Source: Gemmata obscuriglobus (GTDB lineage Bacteria; Planctomycetota; Planctomycetia; Gemmatales; Gemmataceae). Taken from it: DNA of 32,000 bases. Shown piece after piece: positions 19,538-27,390 of the stretch (position 1 is the first letter of the stretch; every line of letters begins with the position of its first letter). Made by a program: the position numbers and the translations under genes. The stretch spans positions 2,850,001-2,882,000 of the forward strand of contig NZ_CP042911.1 in assembly GCF_008065095.1 (NCBI RefSeq), written 5' to 3'. The notes below the pieces were generated by a model. The model saw nothing but the letters and a program-made list of their open reading frames with translations. It did no database searches and was not told where the DNA came from.

Positions 19538-19954
19538 ATGCTGCGCGCCTTGATGTTTGCGGCCCCCTTTACGCTTCTTCTCGCTGCCGGCACCCGCACG
19601 AACGCGGCCGACGAAGAGCTTCCCATCGTGAAGATGCTCAAGTCGAAGCTGAAGGACGAGAAGAAGACGTTTGCGATCCTGGTGACCTTCAAGGTCAAGG
19701 CCGGGAACGAGAAGAAGTTCGAAGAGGCGTTCGTTCCGTGCCTGGCCGCCACGCGCAAAGAGGCGGGGTGCGTGGCTTATGTTCTGAACCGCGATACGGA
19801 AGACCCGACCACGTACATCATGTACGAGAGCTTCAAGGGCATTCCCGGGATCGAAGCGCACATGAAGGAGAAGCACACGCAAACGCTTCTCGCGACGGTC
19901 GTGCCGATGTGCGACGGCGAACCGAAGATCAAAGTGCTGACCGTGCCGGAGTAA
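19538..19954 (+). CDS. secreted antibiotic-biosynthesis-monooxygenase (ABM, YgiN-like) fold protein
   Basis: ATG 19538 follows a GGAGGA RBS. It has the signal peptide MLRALMFAAPFTLLLAAGTRTNA. The sequence FAILVTFKVKAGNEKKFEEAF...CVAYVLNRDTEDPTTYIMYESFKGIPGIEAHMKEKH is an ABM ferredoxin-like pattern. Confidence 0.75.
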   Translation: MLRALMFAAPFTLLLAAGTRTNAADEELPIVKMLKSKLKDEKKTFAILVTFKVKAGNEKKFEEAFVPCLAATRKEAGCVAYVLNRDTEDPTTYIMYESFKGIPGIEAHMKEKHTQTLLATVVPMCDGEPKIKVLTVPE

Positions 19955-19986
19955 GGCCGAGAAGCTGAAGAGCATCAGCAACAGAG

Positions 19987-20125
19987 GCAGAAGAGGTTTG
20001 GCCACAAAAAAGCACAAAGGGCACAAAAGAAAACCGAAGACAAAGAGAAGTGCTTTTAAACTCCCTCTTCTGTATTGGTTTTCTTTTGTGCCCTTTGTGC
20101 TTTTTTGTGGCCAAACCTCTTCTGC
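19987..20125. repeat. perfect 49-bp inverted repeat with a 41-nt spacer (cruciform/hairpin-forming palindrome)
   Basis: The arm at 19987-20035, gcagaagaggtttggccacaaaaaagcacaaagggcacaaaagaaaacc, is the exact reverse complement of 20077-20125. It is A/T-rich and lies between the ABM (+) and recN (-) stops. Confidence 0.95.
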
Positions 20126-20161
20126 TTCCTGTCGTCTTTGCGGCCAATCTCTTCCCGCCTC

Positions 20162-21871
20162 TCACCCTGCCCGCAAGAGCTTGGCCGCGTTGAGCATCTC
20201 CGCCGCCTCCTTGCGGGTCGTTTCGCTGCGCGACTCGCCCCGCAGCATGATCGCCAGCTCTTCCACCCGGGATTCATCGGTCAGCAACGGGGTGATCGTG
20301 GTGGCGGTGCGCTTCGTGGTGGACTCCTTACGGATGGTCCACTGGTACCCGGCGTAGCTCGCCACTTGCGGCAAGTGTGTCACGCACAGCACCTGGTGCG
20401 ACTGGCCCAGCGTCGAGAGCTTCTGGCCGAGCATGTCCCCGAGCCGGCCGCCGACGTTCGAGTCGATCTCGTCGAACACCACCAGCGTGCGCACCGGGTC
20501 GTGCGCCGCCAGCACCGTTTTGAGCGCCAGCATGGTGCGCGACAGCTCACCGCCGCTGGCCACCTTCCGGAGCGGCCGGGCCGGTTCGCCCGGGTTCGCC
20601 ATCAGGATCAGTTCCAGTTGATCGATGCCGAACGCCGGGATGTCGCCCGCCATCGGGTCGTCCGGCAGGTTGATGAGTTCAATGACGGCGTCGAGCTTGG
20701 CCTTGGGCATGCCGAGGTCGGCGAGGTGCTTTTGTGCGTCCCCCGCGAGCTTCTTCGCCACCTTGGCCCGTCCCTTACTCAGGACGTTGGCGGCGTCGCG
20801 CATTTCGGCGTAGGCGGCGCGGAGGTGGCCGTCAATTCCGCTCAGGTTGTCTTCCTGCTCCTGAAGTTCCGCTTCCTTTTCGTCGAGGGTGTCGCGGTAC
20901 GCGAGGAGCTCGTCGGGCGTCTTGCCGTAGCGGGTTTGGAGCTTCTTCAGCAGTCCGATGCGTTTTTCGACCTCGCCCAGCCGCTCGGGGTCGGCCTCGA
21001 AACGCTCGGCGAGGTCGCGGCACGTGTCGGCGAGGTCGTCGATCTCCGGGCGCAGGGCGTTGAGCCGCTCGCTCACCTCCGCGAGCTTCGGGTCGAACGA
21101 CGCCCATTTGTGCGCCTCTTTAATCAGGCGGCTCACCACTTCCGAAACGGCCCCGTCGTTGTCCACGAGGCGGGCCGCGACCCCGCTCGTGAACTGGGCG
21201 AGGCTCTGCGCGTGAACGAGCCGCTCGCGCTCTTTCACGAGGGCCGGCAGCTCGCCCGGCGTGAGCTTTGCGGCGTTGAGGTCTTCGCGCTCGAACCGGA
21301 CCAGCGCCAGCTCGCGCTGGCGCGCCGCCCGCGCGTCGGCCAGGTTCTTGAACTGCGACCGCAGCTCGCGCACCTTCTCCGCTTTCTCGAGGTACTTCTT
21401 GCGCAGGTCGGTGAGGCGGCCGAACGCGTCAAGCAGTTCGAGCTGGTACGCGGGCTGGAGGAGCGAGTAGCTCTCGCGCTGGCCGTGAACGTCCACCAGC
21501 ATTTCGCCGATCCGCCGCAGGGTCGAAACGGCGACGGGCACGTCGTTCACGAGGGCCGAACTGCGGCCCGATCGTGAGAGCCGGCGGGTGAGGATGAGGT
21601 CGTCCTCTTCGACGGCCGTTTGGAGGGCCTGGGACGCGGCCTCGCGCTGCTCGGGGCGGGTCAGCTCGAACCGCCCAGTTACGCGCAACTCGTCCGCCCC
21701 GGTGCGGATCAGGTCGGCGCTGCCGCGCTCGCCGAGGAGCAACCCAAGGGCGCCGAGCAGCAGCGACTTGCCGGCCCCGGTCTCGCCGGTCCACGCGCAG
21801 AACCCTGCGTGCAGTTCGACCCGCACGTCTTCGATCAGGGCCAGATTTTGGACGGATACTTCGCGGAGCAT
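20162..21871 (-). CDS. recN: DNA repair protein RecN
   Basis: From ATG 21871 it reads MLREVSVQNLALIEDVRVELHAGFCAWTGETGAGKSLLLGALGLLLG (RecN N-terminus with Walker A). It has a long central coiled coil and a C-terminal ASGGELSRTMLALK signature plus LVFDEIDSNVGG Walker B. Confidence 0.95.
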   Translation of the reverse strand: MLREVSVQNLALIEDVRVELHAGFCAWTGETGAGKSLLLGALGLLLGERGSADLIRTGADELRVTGRFELTRPEQREAASQALQTAVEEDDLILTRRLSRSGRSSALVNDVPVAVSTLRRIGEMLVDVHGQRESYSLLQPAYQLELLDAFGRLTDLRKKYLEKAEKVRELRSQFKNLADARAARQRELALVRFEREDLNAAKLTPGELPALVKERERLVHAQSLAQFTSGVAARLVDNDGAVSEVVSRLIKEAHKWASFDPKLAEVSERLNALRPEIDDLADTCRDLAERFEADPERLGEVEKRIGLLKKLQTRYGKTPDELLAYRDTLDEKEAELQEQEDNLSGIDGHLRAAYAEMRDAANVLSKGRAKVAKKLAGDAQKHLADLGMPKAKLDAVIELINLPDDPMAGDIPAFGIDQLELILMANPGEPARPLRKVASGGELSRTMLALKTVLAAHDPVRTLVVFDEIDSNVGGRLGDMLGQKLSTLGQSHQVLCVTHLPQVASYAGYQWTIRKESTTKRTATTITPLLTDESRVEELAIMLRGESRSETTRKEAAEMLNAAKLLRAG

Positions 21872-22205
21872 ACCGGCATGGTACCCGACCGGCCAAATTT
21901 GCCTACCAAAGCCGGGTTTACCCGGTCTTTTTGGCAGTATACGCCGGTACACAAATCCTTGCAAGCGGTATTAATCGACCTGCAGTGTGGCGAGAAGATG
22001 CCGCCATCACTGGTGCCGAACGGCGGGCGCACTGCCTGACCGAGTGCGACATCCAATTCCAGGGACGACTGCCGAGATCCGAGCGTTGTTGACGCGCATG
22101 CAGGCCGACGAGCACCATTCCGGTGGTCCGGAAGATGTTACCCGCGGGTCTGCGTGACCCTACCATTTTGCTGCGACTGGGCTCCGTGCGAGGGTTCTTG
22201 GCACG

Positions 22206-22397
22206 CCACAGGTCTTTGGGGCCGTTGACCGGTTGTGCGAAGATGACCGCACGCGCTGGGGCGAGCGGCCGCAGTGCACATAGGAGGTGTAGTGCAGGTG
22301 GCGGACCGACTTCTCCCGTGGAGGCAGCATTAATGGCGTCCAGCGGGAGGGCAACTTCGATCAACTTCTTCGGGGCGACAACGGACACGTCAGACAC
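22206..22397 (-). pseudogene. decayed N-terminal remnant of a DUF1156-type (putative DNA methylase) gene
   Basis: The first 64 aa of tracked ORF 21918..22397 read [52 protein letters not shown]. This matches the DUF1156 signature as I remember it ([44 protein letters not shown]), but the conserved GHPS/WWARRP core is deleted or mutated. The remaining roughly 900 aa expected for this family are missing. Confidence 0.6.
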
Positions 22398-22474
22398 GAT
22401 ACATCGCTCAGGCGATTCGCAGTGCGCGGCACGTTTCTTCGTAAGTGGCTTCGAGATCTAACGGGCCGTGCACG

Positions 22475-23782
22475 CAGGGCAAACGCACTCAATCCTCGGG
22501 ATTTTTCAGTAGTACCTGTTCGAGGTAGGTATTATCCCATCCGGCCTTGAGTCGCCGGTTCTTGATCCCACATTTGGCGTTTGCCTTCTTCAACATCGCC
22601 AAGGCGATCTTGCGCACGAGGGCCATATTCTGCGGGCCGTGCCCTTCACGGAGTCGGTGGTCGTCTTCTCGGAACGCGACATCCAGCACCCAATGGCATG
22701 AATTCTCGATGCACCAATGAGCCCGGATCCACGTTTGGAACCGCTTGGCCGATGCCTTCCGCGAGCTGATGTAATACCGCACCTCGTCGCTCGTCCTACC
22801 GGCGACCGTGCGGCTGCTGACGAGCACCACGACGGACCGCAACCGGGGCCACACATTCCGGTCCCGGATCGACTCCAGGTCGTCGATCACGAAGCAGAAC
22901 CGCATCTCCTCGCGCCCGTGGCCCGTTCCTTCGTTGAGGTCGGTCGAGCGGCCCGCGTAGCTCGCCTCTAGGGCCCCCTCGGCCAACCGCTGGATGTCCT
23001 CGAGCAGCCGCGGCTGGTTGTCCTTGACCGCCAGCAGGTAGTCCCCCTTGGCGGCCACGATCTGCTGGGCGATGTCCTTCTGGGTGCCCATCGCGTCGAT
23101 GCTCACCAGGGCCCCCGCGAGGTCCAGCCGCTCCAGCAGTTCCGGGATCGCGGTGATCTCGTTGGACTTCTCGTCGGTCTTCACCTGGGCCAACGTGAGG
23201 CCCAACTGCTGAGCCCATGCGCTGACGATGTGTGTGGCCTTGCGAGCCCCCGTGCCGGTGACCCGCTTGGACCCCCGCATGGTCTTCCCGTCGATCGGGA
23301 TGTGGGGCACCCGGAGGCCCTCGGCGGCGTCCGCGACCCACGCCCGGAAGCACCGCCCGAACGCCTCCGGGCGGACCAGCGCGAACACCCGGTTGAGGGT
23401 GTCGTGGGACGGAATCCCGTTGCGCAGCGTCAGCCCCAGCCGGTCCCGGAACCAGGACTCCTTGGCCCGCGCGAACTCGGCGATCGACACGAAGTCATCG
23501 GCCCCGACGATCGTCCCACAGGTCACGATCATGAGTACATCAATCAAGTCGTGGAAGCACTTCAACTCGACCCGCGGATCCGGGATCTGGGACAGGTACT
23601 CGATTAACGGGCGTGGGCCGGGGGCGGCACTCATCGGCAGACTCCGAGGCGGTGAGGGCGCGCCAGAATCATATGGAGGCGGGGCCGCACATGCGCAGGA
23701 GGCGAGCGATGGCCGCTCGATCACACGCCTCAAAATTAGCTAGAATCCAGCGATTCCTAGGGGATTGAGTGCGTTTGCCCTG
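22475..23782 (-). mobile_element. ISAs1-family insertion sequence, apparently intact (1308 bp)
   Basis: Perfect 21-bp terminal inverted repeats cagggcaaacgcactcaatcc (22475-22495) and ggattgagtgcgtttgccctg (23762-23782). They begin with CAGGG, which I recall as typical for ISAs1 ends. They are flanked by a perfect 10-bp direct repeat gccgtgcacg (22465-22474 and 23783-23792). Confidence 0.9.
22489..23634 (-). CDS. ISAs1 family transposase (H-repeat-associated type)
   Basis: From ATG 23634 it reads LIEYLSQIPDPRVELKCFHDLIDVLMIVTCGTIVGADDFVSIAEFA...GIPSHDTLNRVF (DDE_Tnp_1-associated N-domain), followed by a DDE domain (IDAMGTQKDIA...YYISS...RAHWCIENSCHWVLDVAFRED). Confidence 0.92.
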   Translation of the reverse strand: MSAAPGPRPLIEYLSQIPDPRVELKCFHDLIDVLMIVTCGTIVGADDFVSIAEFARAKESWFRDRLGLTLRNGIPSHDTLNRVFALVRPEAFGRCFRAWVADAAEGLRVPHIPIDGKTMRGSKRVTGTGARKATHIVSAWAQQLGLTLAQVKTDEKSNEITAIPELLERLDLAGALVSIDAMGTQKDIAQQIVAAKGDYLLAVKDNQPRLLEDIQRLAEGALEASYAGRSTDLNEGTGHGREEMRFCFVIDDLESIRDRNVWPRLRSVVVLVSSRTVAGRTSDEVRYYISSRKASAKRFQTWIRAHWCIENSCHWVLDVAFREDDHRLREGHGPQNMALVRKIALAMLKKANAKCGIKNRRLKAGWDNTYLEQVLLKNPED

Positions 23783-23965
23783 GCCGTGCACGTCCTCAGC
23801 GATCCAGATCGGGAGTGTAGACAATAGACCCTGTTCACGATAAGGAACGAATAGACATAAACTCTTTCAGATAAGAGTCTTGAATATAAATTAGCGCATT
23901 TGAATCAAACCAATTGCTGACAAGTAATTCTGCTTATCTTGAACAGGATTTAATGGCTGTCAACG

Positions 23966-23999
23966 AAAAACCCTCGCTGACAATTACTGTCAGCGAGGG
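23966..23999 (-). terminator. intrinsic terminator (minus strand) downstream of the tRNA fragment
   Basis: Perfect 12-bp stem ccctcgctgaca/tgtcagcgaggg with a 5-nt loop (23971-23999). On the minus strand it is followed immediately by TTTTT (23966-23970). It lies 17 nt downstream of the tRNA 3' end. Confidence 0.65.
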
Positions 24000-24016
24000 T
24001 CTCGCGTATCAACAAG

Positions 24017-24058
24017 TCGGGCTGATAGGATTTGAACCTACGACCTCTTGGTCCCGAA
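24017..24058 (-). pseudogene. 3' half of a tRNA-Pro(CGG): anticodon loop through discriminator base, with no 5' half
   Basis: The minus strand reads ttcggga-ccaag-aggtc-gtagg-ttcaaat-cctat-cagcccg-a. That is an anticodon loop (U33, CGG, G37), the 3' anticodon stem, a 5-nt variable loop, a canonical T-arm (GTTCAAATC), the 3' acceptor strand and the discriminator. The 31 nt upstream cannot supply the complementary acceptor (cgggctg), the D-arm or the 5' anticodon stem (cttgg). This holds even after conceptually excising the adjacent IS. Confidence 0.7.
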
Positions 24059-24070
24059 GCACCCCGATCC

Positions 24071-25667
24071 CAGTGCTATGCACATCTTGGATTTGTATAA
24101 CTGATTGCGGATTGCTGATTTAGGGTTTTCACTGCGACGAAATTGGGGTTAACCGAGTGGTCGTGGGACGCGGGGTGGTGCGGGGTCCGCGACCCGGGAC
24201 ATGGAGGTCACCGTGATTCTGCCACCTCATCAGCGCGTCCCACGCTCCCAACCGCACGCGCCCACGGACTTCGCGCGCCAGGTCCTGGAGGGCCTGCCAC
24301 TGGCCCACGCGTCGCTCGCACTCTTCGCCTATGGCGTTCCCGACCCGGTCCTCGCGGACCTCTACGAGCGACATCGGGGACGCGGCTATGAGGACGTCGT
24401 GACCTTCGCCCAACTGGTCACCTGGATCTTCGATGCGCTCATCGAACACCAGGGCTCGGGGCGGCAGGCCCACCTGCGACGCCACCGGCAACCCGACGAC
24501 GGGTGCCACGAAGCGTTCTACGGCAAGCTCCGGCGCATCCCCCGGGGCCTGAGCGAAGCGTTCCTGCGGGACGTCACCGACCGGTTCACCGCCCTGTTCC
24601 CCGAGGTCGTCGCGCACCGCCTTCCGACCTCCTTCGACCGCCTGGAGGTTCTGATCCTCGACGGCAAGAGTCTCAAGAAGGTGGCCAAGCGACTCGTCGA
24701 CACGCGGGGCACACCGGGCAAGCTCTTGGGCGGAAAACTGCTCGTGGCGTACCGGCCCCGTGACGGGTTGGTGCTCGACATGGCGGCCGATCTCGATGGC
24801 GAAACCAACGAGGCCAAACTGATCCCCGATTTGATGCCCCGAGTGCACGCCCGAGGCGGTCCGGCGAAACTGGTGGTCGGGGATCGGTTGTTCTGTGCGT
24901 CGAAGCACTTCGCCGAGTTCACCAAGGACAATGGTCATTTCGTGGTGCGGTACGCGCGGACCCTGTCGTTCGAACCCGACCCGAAGCGCCCCGCGGTCAC
25001 GACCGCGGACCCATCCCAACGAGCCGTGGTCGAAGAATGGGGGTGGGCCGGGAAGCCCAAGGACAAGCTCCGCCGGTACGTCCGGCGGATCACCGTCGCG
25101 CGCCCGGTGGGCGAAGCGATTACAATCCTCACGGACCTGCTCGATTCGGCCCCATACCCGGCGACCGATCTGTTGGACCTGTACCGCATCCGGTGGACCA
25201 TCGAAGGCACGTTCCAAAAGGTGACGGCGATCTTCGCCCTGGGTCGGTTCATCGGTTCGACACCGGAGGCGACCGTGTTTCAGGCGTCGATGTGTTTCGT
25301 CCTCGCGAACGTGGTGCAGGTCCTCCAGGGCTATGTGGTTGCGAAGCGGAAGGTGACCATCGACGACCTCTCGACGGCGCAGTTCTGCACGGACTGGCAT
25401 CGTCAGTTGGCCGCGCTCAAGGAGTTGGTCGAGGTGTCGATGATCGTGTCCCTGATCCCGACGGATCAGACGGCAGAGAGTGTGGGAACGTTGTTGGATC
25501 AGTTATTGGGCACGATGTGGAAGCCGGGCTGGGACAAGACACGCAACAAGGCGCCCCGTGCCCACCCGCACGCCGCGAAACAGAAGGGGGCACACACCTC
25601 CGTCCAACGGCGTCGACAAGCCCACAAGCCCAACGAGGATCCCTGAACTCAGTTGTGCACAGCACTG
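24071..25667 (+). mobile_element. IS4-family insertion sequence, apparently intact (1597 bp)
   Basis: Terminal inverted repeats cagtgctatgcaca (24071-24084) and tgtgcacagcactg (25654-25667) match at 13 of 14 positions. They are flanked by a perfect 9-bp direct repeat ccccgatcc (24062-24070 and 25668-25676). The element has a single transposase ORF. Confidence 0.88.
24201..25646 (+). CDS. IS4-family DDE transposase
   Basis: 481 aa. LILDGKSLKK, LVVGDRLFC and YRIRWTIEGTFQKV (the Y-x2-R-x3-E signature of IS4-type DDE transposases) are present, with a basic C-terminal tail. Confidence 0.9.
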   Translation: MEVTVILPPHQRVPRSQPHAPTDFARQVLEGLPLAHASLALFAYGVPDPVLADLYERHRGRGYEDVVTFAQLVTWIFDALIEHQGSGRQAHLRRHRQPDDGCHEAFYGKLRRIPRGLSEAFLRDVTDRFTALFPEVVAHRLPTSFDRLEVLILDGKSLKKVAKRLVDTRGTPGKLLGGKLLVAYRPRDGLVLDMAADLDGETNEAKLIPDLMPRVHARGGPAKLVVGDRLFCASKHFAEFTKDNGHFVVRYARTLSFEPDPKRPAVTTADPSQRAVVEEWGWAGKPKDKLRRYVRRITVARPVGEAITILTDLLDSAPYPATDLLDLYRIRWTIEGTFQKVTAIFALGRFIGSTPEATVFQASMCFVLANVVQVLQGYVVAKRKVTIDDLSTAQFCTDWHRQLAALKELVEVSMIVSLIPTDQTAESVGTLLDQLLGTMWKPGWDKTRNKAPRAHPHAAKQKGAHTSVQRRRQAHKPNEDP

Positions 25668-25898
25668 CCCCGATCCGTCGTGCCGATCTACCTGAAACGC
25701 CTTGGAATACATGCACTTTATCGCACTGAGCCCGCCGAGGCAAGGCGAGCAGTCCGATGCGATTCGTAGCAGGTTTTCGCAGTACCGCGCACCGAAATCC
25801 AGTACGCGACCTCCATCGGCAAACGGCAACAGCAACCCGAAGCGGGACATCCCGCTCTTGCGCCGCCCGGAGTTCGGCAGCGCGCACGCCGACCCGTC

Positions 25899-25907
25899 TG
25901 GTAGAAT
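25899..25907 (+). promoter_or_regulatory. possible extended -10 promoter element for the nuclease cassette
   Basis: TGgTAGAAT lies 43 nt upstream of ATG 25950. There is no convincing -35, and planctomycete promoter rules are poorly known. Confidence 0.2.
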
Positions 25908-25949
25908 GACGGCGTTCGTGGCCGTGCCTGGTGAGGAGCCGATCCGCAG

Positions 25950-26438
25950 ATGGGCAAGTCGGACTTCGTCGGCGGGCGGGGCGAGGCGATCGCCTTCCCC
26001 CGGCTCACGCGGATCTGCCGGGCCGACGACCTGCCGTACTTCTGGCCCCACTACCTGGGGGAGAAGTGCCCGGCGTTCGACTTCCTGGTCGAGTTGGTCG
26101 ACGCCGGGGAGAAGACGCCGTTCTTCTTCGTGCAGGTGAAGAGCACGCGGAAGGCATACACGACGACCCAGACCCCGCCGCGGCTGCGGGTCGATGTGTC
26201 CGACACCGACGTGCGGCGGTTGGCAGCATTCCCAGCCCCGACGTATGTGGTCGGGGTGTACGAGAAGGACGAGCGGGCGTTCGTCGTCTCCGTACACGGC
26301 GAGATGCGCGAGGCCATCCCGTCGATCACCACCGGGCACGAACTCACCTGCGACACGCTGAAGCTGCTGTGGGACGAGGTGCGGGAGTTCTGGCACGGCC
26401 GCGACATGACGCGGGCCGCGTCCCAGTTCACGAACTGA
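25950..26438 (+). CDS. DUF4365-like PD-(D/E)xK nuclease-fold protein (cassette gene A)
   Basis: A GAGGAG RBS lies 13 nt upstream of the ATG. The layout GGRGEAIA ... PAFDFLVEL ... FFFVQVKSTRK ... PTYVVGVYEKDERAFVVSV matches the DUF4365 pattern (G-x-GE, D-x-hydrophobic-E, vQvK, then 'PvilVvyd...ayw'). Confidence 0.7.
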   Translation: MGKSDFVGGRGEAIAFPRLTRICRADDLPYFWPHYLGEKCPAFDFLVELVDAGEKTPFFFVQVKSTRKAYTTTQTPPRLRVDVSDTDVRRLAAFPAPTYVVGVYEKDERAFVVSVHGEMREAIPSITTGHELTCDTLKLLWDEVREFWHGRDMTRAASQFTN

Positions 26439-26447
26439 GGTGCTGTC

Positions 26448-26924
26448 GTGACGAACGAGTCGAAGGAGCTGTTCATCGCCGACCGGGTGCGGGCGCTGGC
26501 GACCGTCGTCCTGACCCGCCGCGACGACCTGGCCGTCGCCGAGACCAAGCAGAGCACCGGCCTGGACTACCACGTGTACGTCGAGCGCGAGGACAAGCCG
26601 ATGCGGCTCGCGTTCGGCGTCCTCCTGCGCGGCGTGTCCTCCCCCGTGACGGCCGAGCACGCGAACAAGGTGCTTGGGCCGACGATAGGACAGTTCCAGG
26701 GGATGCGGAAGTTCACCTACCCGGTGTGCCTGTTCTTCTTCACCATGCGGGACGAGCAGGCGTTCTTCTCGTGGCTGGCCGAGCCCCGCGTGACCGACGC
26801 CGGGCCGAAGCTCGTCCACCACGATCAGGCGAACTGCGCGCCCCTGACCGACGAGTTGCTCGACGGGATCGTCGAGCAGGTGGTGAGCTGGTACGACGCG
26901 GTGGAGGCCGTCCTCATCGCGTAG
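26448..26924 (+). CDS. DUF4365-like paralogue with an altered catalytic motif (cassette gene B)
   Basis: GTG start 9 nt after the stop of A, with GAGG upstream. It has the same layout as A: TGLDYHVYVERED ... AFGVLLRGV ... YPVCLFFFTMRDEQAFFSWL. By hand alignment the QxK of A is LxR here. Confidence 0.55.
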   Translation: MTNESKELFIADRVRALATVVLTRRDDLAVAETKQSTGLDYHVYVEREDKPMRLAFGVLLRGVSSPVTAEHANKVLGPTIGQFQGMRKFTYPVCLFFFTMRDEQAFFSWLAEPRVTDAGPKLVHHDQANCAPLTDELLDGIVEQVVSWYDAVEAVLIA

Positions 26925-26988
26925 CGACCCTCCGAACGCCCCGGCGGTGTGGAACGCACGCCGCGCGAGGAATGTCGGTCCAGGCGCC

Positions 26989-27390
26989 ATGGCGAGCAAG
27001 CAACCACCGTCGGAACGACAGGCCGGGGCCATGAAGCACGTCAACCTCGATGACTGCGACGAGGCGGTCAAGAACTTCGTCCTGTCCTTCGCGCTCACCC
27101 CGGGCGGGGCCGCGCTGGAACTCGGGGGAAGGCCCATCGCGCACGTGCTGCCGATCTTGGCGACGGGTGAAGCCGCCGACGACTGGGACGCGGCGAAGGA
27201 CGCCCGCCGGTGCGAACTCATCGACCGGGAGATCGCCGGGACGATCACCGGCGGCGAGGCCGCGGAGTTGCAGGCCCTCCAGGCGGCGATGCTCTGGCAC
27301 CGGCGGAAGGTGGCCCCGCTCCCGCTCGACGACGCCCGGCGCTTGCACCGGGAGCTGCTGGCGAAGGCGGCCGGCGGCCCGACCGCATGA
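26989..27390 (+). CDS. small acidic protein, antitoxin-like N-terminus plus helical C-terminus (cassette gene C); start uncertain
   Basis: Tracked ORF 26947..27390; candidate starts are GTG 26947, ATG 26989 and ATG 27031. MKHVNLDDCDEAVKNFVLSFALTPGGAALELGGRPIAHVLP resembles the Phd/YefM-style pattern (...G-x-P-hydrophobic-A-x-hydrophobic-x-P). Its stop overlaps the next ATG (ATGA at 27387-27390). Confidence 0.5.
   Translation: MASKQPPSERQAGAMKHVNLDDCDEAVKNFVLSFALTPGGAALELGGRPIAHVLPILATGEAADDWDAAKDARRCELIDREIAGTITGGEAAELQALQAAMLWHRRKVAPLPLDDARRLHRELLAKAAGGPTA

Noticed and set aside
15467-20125. CRISPR array or other spaced direct-repeat array
   Set aside because: The conspicuous repeats in the window are single inverted repeats (hairpins) with unrelated sequences, not regularly spaced direct repeats. 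I saw no direct-repeat/spacer periodicity anywhere.
19929-20357. Lys/His-rich small ORFs (…KKHKGHKRKP…) on both strands
   Set aside because: They are mirror images produced by translating the two arms of the 49-bp palindrome, so this is not independent coding evidence.
23914-24123. 69-aa plus-strand ORF in the AT-rich tract
   Set aside because: It runs straight through the terminator hairpin and the tRNA fragment and has no RBS. The AT-rich sequence is better explained as non-coding scar.
24017-24140. A complete tRNA gene at the tRNA-like sequence
   Set aside because: The 31 nt upstream of the anticodon loop (…caagatgtgcatagcactgggatcggggtgc) cannot pair with the 3' acceptor strand cagcccg or the 3' anticodon stem ccaag. 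Part of that sequence is the IS4 terminal repeat plus its target duplication. Excising the IS in silico does not help either.
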